Source of the DNA: Utricularia gibba
Taxonomy: Eukaryota > Plantae > Magnoliophyta
Assembly: GCA_002189035.1 (NCBI GenBank)
Contig: NEEC01000018.1
Location: 2,170,001-2,234,000, forward strand
Reading direction: 5' to 3'
Length of the DNA: 64,000 nt
The translations under genes were made by a program, and so were the position numbers. Shown here in pieces: positions 1-13,595 of this stretch. Each line of letters opens with the position of its first letter. The first letter of the stretch is position 1. Under the pieces are notes generated by a model. That model had not been told where the DNA came from, did no database searches, and saw only the letters and a program-made list of their open reading frames with translations.

Positions 1-128
1 TTCACCTTCTATGCAGTTATTATTGACATGAGTTGGGATGATAAAAACACATGTATTGCTTAATTTTTCAGAGTGTTACCTTTAATTGCGAGGGGCATTT
101 TTTTTAGAAGTTTCATGAAAATTTTCAG

Positions 129-596
129 GACGTAGATATATTGTGGCTGCGTAATCCACTGCATCATTTCTTCCCGGAAGGGGATTTTCAGATGGCATGC
201 GACTTCTACAGGTTTGGACCCACGGATAGGAGAAACAACCACAACTGCGGATTCATGTACATCAGGTCCAACCCCAGGACAATACGATTCCTCAAATTCT
301 GGTACGACTCTCGAGATTATGATCTTTCAGATCACGAACAGAATGTGCTCTACGTACTCAAGTTCAATCCGGTAGTAGATGAGATGAACATGACGATGCG
401 CTTCTTCGATACTAACTACATCAGCACTTTCTGCCAGCCAAGTAGGGATCTGGATCATGTGGTGACCATGCACGCAAACTGTCGCGTTGGCCTCCGCGCG
501 AAACTCCGTGCTCTTACAGTCGTGCTCAACGACTGGAAGAGGTATATCACGTCGTCAGAGAGGAACAAATCTTGGTCAGTCACCAGGTTTCCTTAG
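129..596 (+). CDS. Nucleotide-diphospho-sugar transferase (GT77/Nucleotid_trans-like), last exon only; 5' exons lie before the window (copy a)
   Basis: Acceptor ttttcag|GAC at 128/129, then DVDILWLRNP (DxD), FQMACD, N-CGFMY, EQNVL, VVTMHANC, stop at 594-596. Closely similar to the last exon of copy b (7235-7702). Confidence 0.9.
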   Translation, partial: DVDILWLRNPLHHFFPEGDFQMACDFYRFGPTDRRNNHNCGFMYIRSNPRTIRFLKFWYDSRDYDLSDHEQNVLYVLKFNPVVDEMNMTMRFFDTNYISTFCQPSRDLDHVVTMHANCRVGLRAKLRALTVVLNDWKRYITSSERNKSWSVTRFP

Positions 597-1532
597 TGAT
601 CTGTATCGTTTATATTTGTTATTTGAACACAGTGTTTGCTGTGGTGCCTCATTGTTTTGGGATGAAGAGGTTAACCATTCAATCGTCCACAATCTCAGAG
701 AGCAATAAATAAGAAACAGTATCATTATATGCTAAATAAATAAGCAAAAGTTTTATATGTGATGTTCTTCTTCTTCATCATTCGTGAAACTCTGCATGCG
801 CGCTTGGAAGTTGGAACGTTGTAAGGACCAATCTCAAACCATAACCCTAAATCCCATAAAATAAAATGATATTAATGGAAATCATATTGATTATAAATAC
901 GAATAGTTCGAAATTCTTATAGTCAAACCATTTGTTTCGTGAAATTTGTTGATGTTTCGTTCTTTGGCGATCAAATTCCAACAAGTTTCGTCCACTTGAG
1001 TTGAACCTGAATACAAATGCATTGTTTGTTATTGGACAAACTATCAAAATGATACCTTTAGTAGTAATTATATGTGCTTATTATAAAATGTTCTTTTGTT
1101 TTCTTATCGCTTTTTTACTGTTTTTCATCTCCAGATGATTTTCTTTGTCCATTTGTGGTTTCTCGGGACTATCTTGCCGCCATTTGTCCTGGTTGGCAGA
1201 AGTCACATTAAAACCTAAAACTGGAAAATGGATTACGAATTTATATTTGTGTATTGACTTGGTCTGTTATTTTCTCCTTTTTCTTTTCCGTGACACGATC
1301 TGAATCAGGGCACAGGATCAAAATGATGCTCGAAAATATTCCGGCGGCTTGAGTGGTAACGAAAATACCCGTATAACACGGCACAAAATAACAAGTAGCA
1401 CCCCAGGTTCACTTCAAACCAACGAGTCGTACAACGACTTTTTATTATCTTCAGCACAGATCGACAGAAACTCTTACAAAAGGTCCATACTTAGCATTGA
1501 AACAGGGACGCAAATGTTCGCCTCTCAGAACA

Positions 1533-2779
1533 TTAGGATAAGATCCAATGTTCGCCGTGGACGCCCACTCGCAATCCATGAATCTTAGCAAATAGGTTAA
1601 CCGCTCTGTTCACACCATCCATAACAACATCGTGGCCAAAGAGGACACCACCAGGGCGCAATACCTGTTGTACAGACATTACATATGGTAACAATAACGT
1701 CATCCAACACCAGTCAGGCACTATAGAAACTTGTATATATACATATTAAACACATCCTATCATTTTATCCAGGGACTACTCTCCAGAAAAGATTCTAACA
1801 GCCGGGGTATCACCCTAACTGAGTCAATCTTTGGAACACTGGTTTGGATTTTGTTTTCTAATTTCGCATTTTCAGGAGATTTTTCTGAACATTAAATAGA
1901 AAAATATAATTCTTGCAAATGGTAGGTTGATTAGTAGGAGCAAAAAGTTTCATGGATTATATTTACCTTGTAGCCGTTGTTGATGTCATCCCAGGCGGAG
2001 TGGAAGTCGTGGGCGGCATCGATCTCAACCAGGTCACCGTAAATACCCCAGGCACAGAGAGCATCGAGGGCACTTGTTGAAGAGAAGGGTAGAAATATGA
2101 TGTTTTCGGTGGCATTGGCAAGAGCAACATTCATCATGTACTGTTGGAGAAGGATGCTGTCACCGTTGAGCATTTTAATGGCTGGCCCATTGCCAGTATC
2201 AGCAAGCAAAGGCCAACCACGGAAGTCGTCAACACAGATGATTTGGGTGCCGAGACCTAATTTATTTGTGAGTGCCGCCATGTGCGTTGCCGATGCCCCC
2301 AGAAACGACCCGACTTCGATTATGGTCTTGGGCATGACCTTTCTTATCAGGTGCTCGAACACTGGATTGTGTGAGCCCCATACAACTTTCCAATCACGGC
2401 GTAGGTGCGGCGCCAAGTGCGGCGGAGGGAAATTCTGCCAGGGTGATACCCCGGCAAACACCTTATCGATAATTTTTCGACGCTCGGTGCCCTTGGGGAC
2501 GGCGCTGCTACACTTGATGTAGCTGAAATCATTGTGATCATCAATGGTAGTAGTGACGGTTTTTTGAGGAGGATTGATATGGTAATTAGATATGTATCCC
2601 AAAGTAAAACCGGTAACGATGAGGATGACTAAAATAGCTGGCCAAGCAACTTTCCTGGCTTCCTCGTTCGACGGGGATCTGTTCGCAGGGCGAAGCGAAG
2701 GAAGCAGTTGATTTGGATCAATATCCTCTTTCATTTTTCCTTCTTCTCCGTATACTCTCGATAGACGAGAGAAGGCCAT
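1533..2779 (-). CDS. Membrane-anchored class I SAM-dependent methyltransferase (Methyltransf_24-like), MT1; exons 2779-1967 and 1664-1533
   Basis: Hydrophobic N-terminal segment AILVILIVTGFTLGYI. SAM motif IIEVGSFLGASA, plus ICVDDFRGW and EIDAAHDFHSAW. Donor AAG|GTAAAT at 1967/1966 and acceptor CAG|GTA at 1665/1664 join NGYK to VLRPGGVLFGHD...HWILS*. Confidence 0.88.
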
Positions 2780-2786
2780 TTATAAC

Positions 2787-3506
2787 TACGGATGGCAAAA
2801 TGGATAATCCGGCCCACTACCCGTCAGATATCCGCCTTGTTTATTACCCGCGAGAGTCAGGTAGCGGGTAATGGGGCAGGTAGCAAAATTACCTCTACCC
2901 GACCCGCTGCCCACCTTATTATATGTTTTAAAAATTAAAATTCGTTTATTATTTAAATTTATAAATAGTAAATTGTATTTTAAAATAAGAATTTATATAT
3001 AAAAATTAGGATTTTAATGAAACCATTGAACATCGATCATTACTATACTGTTGGCCTATCCTCAATTTTTCATTTCCATTTTATATGTTAGGATCCACCA
3101 TGTTTAATTTAGTTATCACTTTCAATGATTTTTTTTGTTTATTCATAGGATTCATCATGTTTTTTTTGTTTTTTTCCTTGTAAATACTTGTGTTGCGTAG
3201 TCTGAATTAAAAACAAGAGAACTAAGATCTAGGGAAATATTAATTTTTACTCTATTTGCTTTTTTTTTTGTCAATACTTGTGTTTCAGCCATCATAATGA
3301 CATCAAGGAAAATGTCCAATTTGCCCCTCTTAGTTCTTGCAAGATCTAGGAATGGCAGGCGGGCGGGCGGGTAGTGGGGCGGGCAGCGGGGCGGGTAAGT
3401 GGATGAAACAAGCAGGGCGGGGCAGGTAGCGGTGGGCAGTTTAGGTGGCGGAGCGGGTAGCGGGTAAGAGTCTACCTGCCCCATATCCGCCCCGCTGCCA
3501 TTCCTA
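2787..3506. mobile_element. Non-autonomous hAT-type MITE (720 bp)
   Basis: Perfect 8-bp TSD TTTATAAC at 2779-2786 and 3507-3514. TIRs TACGGATGGCA and TGCCATTCCTA match at 9/11. Clustered subterminal CGGGTA/TACCCG motifs at both ends, AT-rich interior. Confidence 0.88.
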
Positions 3507-6220
3507 TTTATAACTTCTAGAGTCTAATGCTTACCCAACCACATCCTTGGATGGGGAAAAATGAAATTTTATCTGAAAAAAATTTTGTACATTGTAAATG
3601 TATATTAAATTTTAGAATTGTTATTTTATTTTTTGGAAGGTAGCTAAATATTTTTTTTAATAAAAATTGATTTTTAAGAATTAATTTAAGATTTAAATTC
3701 ATAATTATATTAATTCTTTTATAAATAATTACAACCAATATGATTCTTCAAATAAATTCTTTGTTACAATCAGTACTATTTTTTTATTCAACTAAATTAT
3801 TGAAATACTTTAATTTTTAATTATAATATAAATATAAATATATTTAAACTATGCTAATAATATAAAATATCATTTACATATTTATATATTATTTTTATAA
3901 AATGAATATAATTTTCAAATTTTTAAATTAATAAAATATGATTTTTAATAATTGTGAGTAAATATGTTACATTTAAAACATGAATGAATCTACAATAATT
4001 ATATTAATTCTTATTTTATCATGATTTTTAATTTTATTAAAATCATTTTTTAAAGTAGTTTTACTAAACGTTGCCTATATTGATAGGGGTCATTTTTGTA
4101 AAAAAAATTATATATATCAGTTTTTATTAGGCAATAAATATGTAGCTAGAAGGGAAACCCTTATTTTGCATGAAATTAAACCCTATTGGCTCAGCAACAA
4201 AAAGGCCACACTCTCAAAACACACACACACAGAGATTGTGTTTTCTTTTAAAAAAGCAAGATGTTAGAACTGCAATCTCTGGCTTATGCTTATTTTGCCA
4301 TTATTCTTTATTAACTCATCCAAGGCTTGTGCTAAAATACCTAACGTGCAAGAAACCTAGATTGTGCCCTAACTGGACTACAAACAAACATAGCTTCATC
4401 TTATTACATTTGACCTTAATGCATGCTCAAAGTGGGCTACCCACAAACATGTGTATAGGCATTAATGTGAACCGAAAGTCAGTGCACAGGTAGATACAAA
4501 TGTAGATTCATCTATTTAAATAAATGCAAATTTATTAATATGAATACAAATAAATGTTGCATTTACTGACAAACTTTCGGCAAATTGTGAAGTATACACA
4601 TTTATTAGAAAATTTCTTAATTATTTTTTATACTACCAGATTTTCAAGTTCCTTTTAAAAAATTTAATCAAAAACAAAATAAGATATTTCAAAAAATAAA
4701 TTTGAATTAATATTTTCAACTACTGTTATTCTCACACTACAATAACCTCAGCGATAGAAAAATTTTGTAATTAACATATCTTGAAAAATCATATGATTCA
4801 CAAATAATATGATGAAATTTATGGCAGATTGTAAATTTAGATTTGATATATGGAAAATAGCAATATATACGATATAGATTTAAAATTTGATATACATCTG
4901 ATTGTCAATACAATTACATACATTTTTCCCCATTATTGTTACAAACTCTACACATACAGACGAGTTAGAGAAATTAAATTGAGTTTCAATTTGAAATGGT
5001 GGCACACCACCTTCATACAAACTCTACAACACACACACACACACACATATATATGTATATACATACATATATGTGTGTGTGTTCTCTACGATTTTTTCGT
5101 ATGTCGGCTCCGTTGAGTTTAATTATGATCGTTTCGATTCTCCAATGTGTAAGTGGTGTGCCACCATACTCTTTCTTAGATCAATCCTGCGAAGTACAAG
5201 AAAATAGCAACCCTAAGCTTATTCAACAACAATGAGTTAAAACTGACAACCACTTTCGCTGTTAAATTCAGAAAGTGCTTAGCCATTCATATCCGAAGGA
5301 AGTGCCAAAATAGCAAGTCTAAAACCTTCTAAAATGCGAAAGCATAAAGAAAATCAGCAACCATAAAAAACAAATTCAAGAAAATGTTCTTCTCCAGTTC
5401 ATGCATGCACTGTATGAGTCCTTCCCCCTCGGTCCAGGAATCGCCTTCTCTCGAATGTTTCCAGCTCCCTCGGATATTCATCTTGCGTGTTGGTCTTTAT
5501 ATCAGAGTGAAAAGGAAGGATACAGTAATACTGAAAAAAAAATATAAGACGAACGAAAACTTACGCAAGGAAAGAATTGCACTTGTGCAGGATCCCAAAG
5601 ATAGCGCAGGGTTCGGAATATATTAGGCAAGAAAAGAATGCATCTTGGATATGATATAGAAACTCTTGTCTTGAGTTTGAGGAATGAAATGTTGAAATTA
5701 AGGATTCAATGTATCGATCAAACACATGTGAAACATAGGTAAATAAGAAAAAATACATCACAAATATTAGACTTAATTAATTATTAATAATTTTTTATTT
5801 CTTATAACTTGAAGATTTCATTTCAATTTTTCGATGTGGAATTATTTATTTTAATATGGCATACATTTTTCATTAATATTCTATTAAAAATAATTATTGA
5901 AATGCATCCAATGATAAGTTTTTCTCCATGGAGTTGTATCCATATTCGTAGTTGATTAATGTCGCTATATGCTGGTATTTTTGTTTAAAAAATAAATTCG
6001 TTGACTATGTATATTATTTTATTAATTATATCCCAGTGTACATTATTAACCCCCCGTGTGTGTTGTCTGCATGTTAATCTGGTCGTTTTGATCCATGGGG
6101 TTCCGTACCTCTGTTAGGTTTCAGTTGCATACCTGTATAAATGGTGCGGTCATTACGTAGCTAACCCATTCATAGCATTGTTGAGGCCGAGAAAACACTG
6201 GAGCTTCGACCCAAAATCAA

Positions 6221-7702
6221 ATGAGTTCGCCAGTGGCGGGAGGTAGTACCTCCTCCTCCCTGGACTCCCACGGCGATCCAAGTAATCTTAGGAAACGCCG
6301 CCTTTTCATTGTCGCCGGAAGGGATGTTGAGTTGACCGTGATAATATTTGTAGTAATAAGTCTCCTTGTTATCACTGCAAGACGACTTACACATGGTGAT
6401 TCCAAGCTGGTGTTAAGGAGATCTTCTACAACTGCATCCGGATATTGTGATCTCGCCAGGGAGCCCCCGGTAAGATAATCATCTCTCTCCGCGTGCGACT
6501 ACTGGTACTGATTTATCACTAGAATTATTCAACTCCGTTGCATAAGCTAGCCAGATGTGTAACTGGTTTACGACGTAAGCTGGCAAGTAACCTTAGTGAA
6601 CTGAAAATTTTGTGGGAGACAGTTCACAGCAGATAAGCAGAAGCTGAAGAACATGTTAGAAGATGCGGTGATGGAAGACAAGAAGACAGTGATTTTAACA
6701 ACTATAAACGATGCCTGGACGGAACCAAATTCGACCTTTGATTTGTTCCTCGAGAGCTTTCGAGTTGGAAATCAGACTCAACACCTACTCAACCATATGG
6801 TACTTTTCTCGTACGACCAAGTTGCATATTATCGCTGCTTGGCATTAAACCTCCATTGCTTCCCACTGCACACCGACAATGACTTTGGTGGCGATAGGGT
6901 TTTTATGGACGCAGAATACTTAAACATGAATTGGGGAAGGCTTGATCTTCTGAGAATCGTGCTTGAGTTGGGATACGATTTCGTTTTCACGGTAAATGGC
7001 TTCATCTTCTATCCAGTTACTATTAACATAAACCTGTATCATTAATTCTACTTTCATTGCTCCATCGACAACGTTGCATCGTAAGTTGTGGAATGCATGA
7101 AAATCTCATTCCTATAGTTTTCCCCTTTTGAAAATTCACCAATTTTGTGTCTCGTGTGTGGTTAATTTTTTAGGTTTTCAACATTTTCCCTTTGTATCAT
7201 TTTATCGAAGCGTCATATTGCTGAATATTTTCAGGATGTGGATATACTGTGGCTGCGTAATCCAATGCATCACTTCTACCCCGAAGGCAATTTTCAGATG
7301 GCATGTGACTCCTACAAGTTCAATTCCACCGATAGGAGAAACGTCCAAAACTGTGGATTCTTTTACATTAGATCCCATCCTAAAACCATAAAATTCTTCA
7401 AATTCTGGTACAATTATCGCGATTACTATAACGGAGCTCATGAGCAAAGTGCACTCGACGATCTCAAGTTCCATCCCCTGGTAGATGAGATGAACATGAC
7501 GATGCGCTTCTTCGATACTAACTACATCAGCACTTTCTGCGAACCAAGCAAGGATCTGGATCATGTGGTGACCATGCATGCAAACTGTCGTGTTGGACTC
7601 CCCACCAAACTCCGTCCTCTTACCATCGTGCTCAACGACTGGAAGAGGTATATCGCCTCGTCGGAGAGGAACAAATCCTGGTCAGTCACCAGGTTTCCTT
7701 AG
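6221..7702 (+). CDS. GT77/Nucleotid_trans-like glycosyltransferase copy b; exons 6221-6469, 6623-6991, 7235-7702 (about 361 aa)
   Basis: Basic KRR then TM segment (VELTVIIFVVISLLVITA). KTVILTTINDAW, FDLFLESF, LGYDFVFT|DVDILW (DxD split by intron), HANC. All junctions are GT-AG and phase 0. Confidence 0.92.
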
Positions 7703-8660
7703 TCATCTGCATCGCTTATATTTGTTATTGCTGTGGTACTTCATTTTAAGCTGTAATGTTGACACCAACGCGAATAAGATTCTAATTCCCCACTAAAATA
7801 ATTATTTATCTGTTTTTTAGCAATTAATTTAGACGTGGAATAAGTTATAGAAAATCTATTTTTGTAAAACAAAAAAAAAAAAAAAATCTGAGTAGCCGCT
7901 GTAATGTCTTTAGATGCGTACACATGAGTCTGGTGGTGTGTGCGACTCTAGTTCCATTACTTCACCATGTTTGCAATTTTTAATTCTGAGTACGAGTAGC
8001 CGCTTTGAGGCTTGAGGAACCAAGTAAATGGACTGACTACTCACTACTAGTGTTGATCTTCACTCTTTTAAAACTCGGGTTCAATTCGATAACTCGAATT
8101 CAGGGTTATTTGGATTCAATTCAATTATTTTATAAAAAATTTAAAAATATTTAAATTATTTTTATTTGAATTCATTGAAATTAAAGATTTGATGAATCGA
8201 ATGACCACACCTAAACCATAAGTGCACATCAAATATGAATCACATTAAAAAAAATTAAGTCCAATCGATTATTAATAATTTATAATTTTTTATATAATTA
8301 TCTATTTCAATTTTATTTTCCGATGTAAGATTAATTGTACTAATAGAATTCAATTCAATTCATTATAAAAAGTGTTTAATTAAAAATCATATATAAATCA
8401 TAGTTTAACCCTATTTTAAAACAGTATTGATCTTACATCTTGCACTAGAACAATAAGACTTCAAATCAATTGTCTTCAAAATTGGTTTTGGTGTCAAAAA
8501 AATGTTTTCCAAATTGTTTGGTGAAGTCGTTTACTTTTCTTCCATGGCTCAAAAGTGGTTTCTGAGGAAAATCTGCCTTTTTTTCAAGCTGATTATGATT
8601 ATGACAACATTTTAGTATCCGTATCGCGCACGACATAGAACATGAATGACGTCGATCATA

Positions 8661-10202
8661 CTAAGGAAACCCAGCCACGGACCAGTTCTTCGCGGAGGGT
8701 TCGTTTTTTGGTGAAGCAATATACCTCTTCCAGTCACTCAGGACGATCTTGAGGCCTCGTAGCTTTACCTGCATTCCAACGCGACAATTCGCATGCATGG
8801 TCACAACTGTATCAAGATCCTTGCTTGGCTCGCAGAAAGTGCTGATGTAGCTCGTATTGAAGAACCGCATCGTCATGTTGACCCGAGCTATGAATGGGCT
8901 GAATTTGATGCGGTTAAGCACATCCTGCTCGTTCACTCCAGGGAAGTAAACCTGAGCATGGTTCCAGAACTTAAAAAATTTTATAGTTCTGTTGCTGGAT
9001 TTCACGTAGAGGAATCCACAGTTGGGGCTGTTTCTCCTGTCTGTGGAGCCGAACTTGTTAGAGTCGCACGCGATCTGGAAATCACCATCCGGGTAGAAAT
9101 ATTGGAATGGATTGCGCAACCACATTATATCGACATCCTGAAATTTGAAGTTGGGTGAAACTTCTCTTAGCATGCGCTACAACACTCACAAAAGACAATG
9201 CAGTTGCAATGCTCTAAGAAATGCACGAGTGATGAAAAGCACCCAATGCCTTGTGCGATGCGCCGGGCGAATGTATGTGATTTACTTACCAGTTTTATCT
9301 GTCAAATCTCGAATTACATGCTTCTAATCAATTGAGGTAGTAAAAAAGGGTTCTTGCCATGGATGGCCAAGTGTTACCGTGAAGACGAAATCGTATCCCA
9401 ATTCAAGCACAGTTCCCAGAAGTTGAAGTCTTCTCCACATCATATAGAGGTAATCTGCGCTCATGAAAACCTTCTGACCGGACAAGTTAATGTCACTTTG
9501 TAGTGCATAGCAATGAAATCGTCCAGCCAGGCAACGAGAATATGCAATTTCATCAAACGCCACAAATACCATGTGGTTAATAAGCTTTTGAGTCTGATTT
9601 CCAATTCGAAAACTCTCGAGAAATAAATCGAGTGTTGAGTTGGGCTCCGTCCACGCTGCGTTTAAAATTGTTATAATCACTGTTTTCTTGTCCTCCATCA
9701 CCGCCTTCTCTAGTACCTTTTTGAGCTCCGCCTTCTCTTGAGTTTCCTGTTTCACAAAATATAGACAAACTAGCATTCAATTAAATTGGATATGGAATAA
9801 AAGTAACACAGATTTGAAGCTAAGAACTTCCCCAGAATGTGACCCCGCGGAATGACCATTTCATTCCCAATTCCCAAGTGTACTAGGAATGTTCCTCTTG
9901 TGATTTCGTTTGGAATCATAATAGATTGACTAGCCGATCACCTGGGAGTCTTTTGTGTGATAGCCTGATTCTGCTCCAGGACAAGATTCAGATGCGACGG
10001 AAGACGATTCCCGAAAGTACATCCTGAGATCACCATGGCCAAAGTGCCTTAGTGTGACAACAAGTATACTGATGACCACAAAAAGTATAACCATCGTCTC
10101 AACATCCCTCCCCACGACAAAAAATCTGCGCTTCTTCACAACACTCCGATTGTACTCCGAGTCGGGGGCTGAGCTGCTGCTCCCTTCCATCATGGAAGCC
10201 AT
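8661..10202 (-). CDS. GT77/Nucleotid_trans-like glycosyltransferase copy c; exons 10202-9942, 9746-9378, 9137-8661
   Basis: Same three-exon layout as copy b (exon 2 is 369 nt). Motifs KKRRFFVV-TM, TILNAAW, YDFVFT|DVDIMWLRNP, NCGFLY, NEQDVLN, TMHANC. Confidence 0.92.
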
Positions 10203-11860
10203 TTTTTTTTCCAAAGGAGTCAGCCCTATTGTCTTCTTAACTCGGAAATTATTTATAGTTAAAAGTACACAGATGCTAGGATGTTCATTGCAATTTTAGA
10301 TGCTGTAACCCCTACCATTTAAAAAAATAAACGAAAGCCAAAAAAAAAAAGCTTGCTACAACTTGCACCCGGTCGTTAACTTTTCAAAGGATGTTTGACT
10401 TTATTTTGTGTGAATGCTGGTTTCGATGGCATTTTCTTTGTGGAAAGTTAGTTGGGGTATTCTTTCAACTCCATGCCCATTGAAGGGATTCATGTTCTAA
10501 GACACAACCACATATGCCGATTACATTTCCCAAACGCTTTTTTCTCATCTTTTGGGACGTGTTATGCTTTGTTTCTTGATAATTATTTTTAATAAAACAG
10601 TAATTTGGTTTTCTATCTCTTTTTTTTTTTTTTTGAAAAAGAGTAGTTTCTAGATTTTTGTTCCTTTTGAAACAAACGTTACCAATGTTTGATTTTGAGA
10701 CGTTTTTCTTTTTATCAAAAGCACAAACTATTCTAAACAAATTCTAAGTCAGAGGACATCAGGTGTATACATAGGCTCGCCCCCACAAATATGAATTTTG
10801 TAATGGCGACATTCGCCTACTTTACTACATCCACGTTCGTGAGTCCCATCAATGATCCTCTCCCTCGTTTCCCTCTCTCTTTTACCATTTGTAATGACAA
10901 ATGGTAAAAATCTGAAATCGCCTATTTTCAAGAAAATCTGAAAGTTCGAGAAATTTTGATGAAATTTCAACGCATTGTGCACCACACGAATTACCACATG
11001 CCTGATTTGGTATTTGGTATGCCTAATTTTTTGCTCCCGCGGGATGTGGGGAATTGGTCCTACACAAACTTGATATACGAGACTTCATCACATGGAGCTA
11101 TGAACTTGGAACTCCACAGCTACGGGTCCAATACACCCTTTAGCACCGTTTATCTAAGTCCATAATTAAGTTTCCAGGAATACAATGGAGAAAACTATCT
11201 GTTCGATGATTAAATTGTTTTTTAATATTTCCCTCAAATTTCAATTTCGTAATACTAATATAGCACGATGAGAGTACTTGCAGTCCCAAAGCATGGCCTT
11301 GCTTCATTAAATACGCAGACCCAGTATTTCAGGAGACGAGAACATGAGTAATGACACATTAATTAGCATTGAGAGTAATCTAAAAGCATCTAGAGATTAG
11401 GGCAGTGGCACATAAAGACCCAAGAGAAACCCTATTAGGGGAGCACCTCCCTCCCACCTATTCACAGTTCAGTTCGTGACGGTGCCCTCTAAACATCTAG
11501 CTTTGCATCTAGTTACCTACGCTTCTCTCTTTTTATTTGACTTTGGGTTTCATTTATTTTCATTAATGCTACAACGCTGCCCTAAACGGGAATGCCTATT
11601 CTTCTTGAAGCAGCAGTGATCGAATTCAGCTTTGGCTGCGTGCACTACTACTAAAATTGTCCTTCAGCTCCATCTTGTTATCCACCAGCAGCCGGTCCTC
11701 TCTTTGCCACCATGAACTCAGAAATTGCTTCTGTTTTTTTTAATCAGCAAATATTGTTTTTTTTAAAGATAAAAACATGCTATTTGGAATAAATTGTACT
11801 TCTATAGAAACACTCAATGAATCAGTTTTGATATCAAGTACGAACGATAAAAAAAAATTA

Positions 11861-13340
11861 AAAATATAGAAATATTTCTTATTTTTAAGAAAATGCAGAA
11901 TCTTAACTTCTATTTTTTTCGAAATTACTTTTCAAAAAGTATTTTCAAGAAATTTTATCATGCTAAACGAAGGTTATCCCTCACACATGCAGGTTGAATA
12001 TCTGATTCAGTAAATTATCTGGTTCCTTATCCTGATTTTTACGCCTAACTTATTAATGAAGATTTCATAATGATAACTCTTCTAGCGTGTTACTTGGCGC
12101 GTGGTGGTGGTGGTGGTGGCGTTTTACTGTTTATGTCTCATGGACAGGTTTGTAAGCGTTTACTTGGGACTTGTTATTTTTATTTTCTCGACAACTTAGA
12201 AAAATAAGAACAAGAAAGTCGAAGTATGACCTATCTCTTATTCCTATAATAAGATACTAAGATTAAGGGGTATGTGTTTGGTACATTTACGTCATATTTG
12301 ATCCTGTTGATCAAGTGTCTTCAAATAAGACATACATTTTAGGTGTTACTGAATATACCAAAGAAAAACCCCTTTCAAATTAAATAATGAATTGCAAGCC
12401 TCCTCAAATGGATTAATTTAACCCAAATTCTATTCTAAAAGGGTTCCAAACCATTGATCATTAGATCGAGGAACCTCCTGTATATGTTTTAGTAAAAATT
12501 TCACAATTTTACGCACCATTTACAAGATATGAAAGTTTCAAAGGGGAGCCCTAGCCCATAAACCATTGACGTGCAACGAGAGATACATGAAATTAATTGG
12601 TCCATTATACATAAGATTTAGATGAATAAACATTTAGTAGGGTTTAATGGAACCATAAATAATCAACTTGATACTATTAAAAGGGCATAATGTAACTCGC
12701 AGTCCTAACCAAACCCGTTCTCTGTGTTTTCCCTTGTGAATAAAAGTTTCAAAGGGGGAGCCCTAGCCCAGAATAAACATTTTATTTCTCAATGGCAGTT
12801 GAACGTAAATTAGGTCTTGAGAAAACCCTAAATTTTTGTAGATTTTTTGTTTCCACTTTCGATTATTTTCATGATCCCTTTTTCTGATAACCCACCCTGA
12901 AACTTTTATGTGCCACCTTCGTGCCATTGTAAATCTTCAAGTTTCCAAACAACATGTTTCTGAGACGGTTTTCGAATTCAAAATTGGTATGGTATTTCGA
13001 TATCCTAAACCTAATGCTCACCCTTAATGAACATCACACAAAGCCAAAAAAAAAAAAAAAAAACTCCAATACTGCATTCCCAGTAGGTTTTCGAATTGAG
13101 ATGGTCATTGAAGCTGCAGCTGTTATGACTGCCAGGTTTAGGGTGGACTAATGTGCTGATCTACTGTAAACTCAATATTGATGAACAATACCATTTAAAT
13201 TGTGTCCGAACATTGAAATTTTATGTCGCATGTCCAAGTGTCAGCCCATTGAACCGAGCTTAAAAATTTCAATGGGCAGCCCTAGTTCTCAGGTCGCAGA
13301 TGTAATACTTCAATTGGACAAGCATCTTTTTCATTGACCG
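11861..13340. repeat. Non-coding duplicated module A, copy 1 (paralogous to 17618-19013 and 31850-32930)
   Basis: Long shared strings in all three copies, such as aagaacaagaaagtcgaa...ctatctctt, gatcattagatcgagga and actgccaggtttagggtggactaa. Confidence 0.85.
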
Positions 13341-13343
13341 CAA

Positions 13344-13595
13344 GGGTGCATTTGGTTGGATGGAAATGTGTTGATTGGGTTTAGATAATTTGGGTATAAT
13401 TTATATGGGTATAGATGGGTATTCTCAAAACCCATCTAATTAGTGGGTTTAAAAAATACTTACAAATTAGATTTATGAAGGGTTTTATGTGAGCTTTGGT
13501 GTAAAAACTAGTTAAATATTTAATAAGATATCAAATAAGGGTATCTTTTATCAACCCACTTATACCCAATTTGTATCAAACAACCAAACACACCT
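13344..13595. mobile_element. Tourist/PIF-Harbinger-like MITE (252 bp)
   Basis: 3-bp TSD CAA at 13341-13343 and 13596-13598. Ends GGGTGCATTTGG and CCAAACACACCT. The paralogous empty site ccgCAAgagattt is at 19011-19023. Confidence 0.85.

Noticed and set aside
2097-2522. Antisense ORFs over MT, GT77, FUT and COPA genes (for example 2097-2522, 8793-9158, 39086-39427, 59439-59765)
   Set aside because: Shadow ORFs from GC-rich coding strands. Their recurrence in paralogs only reflects sense-strand conservation.
5101-5235. 44-aa ORF with a signal-peptide-like N-terminus (MSAPLSLIMIVSILQCVSG)
   Set aside because: No recognisable peptide-hormone motif, no paralog and no support. Plausibly chance next to a CA/TA microsatellite.
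11560-11720. GC-richer island with short gcagc/gctgc inverted motifs, considered as a second miRNA
   Set aside because: No extended stem and no match to a miRNA family I recognise.
12954-13151. Similar short ORFs in the three module A copies (...AFPVGFRI.M.IEAA..MTARFRVD)
   Set aside because: Frames and starts differ between copies, and copy 2 breaks the frame. Explained by DNA duplication, not coding selection.
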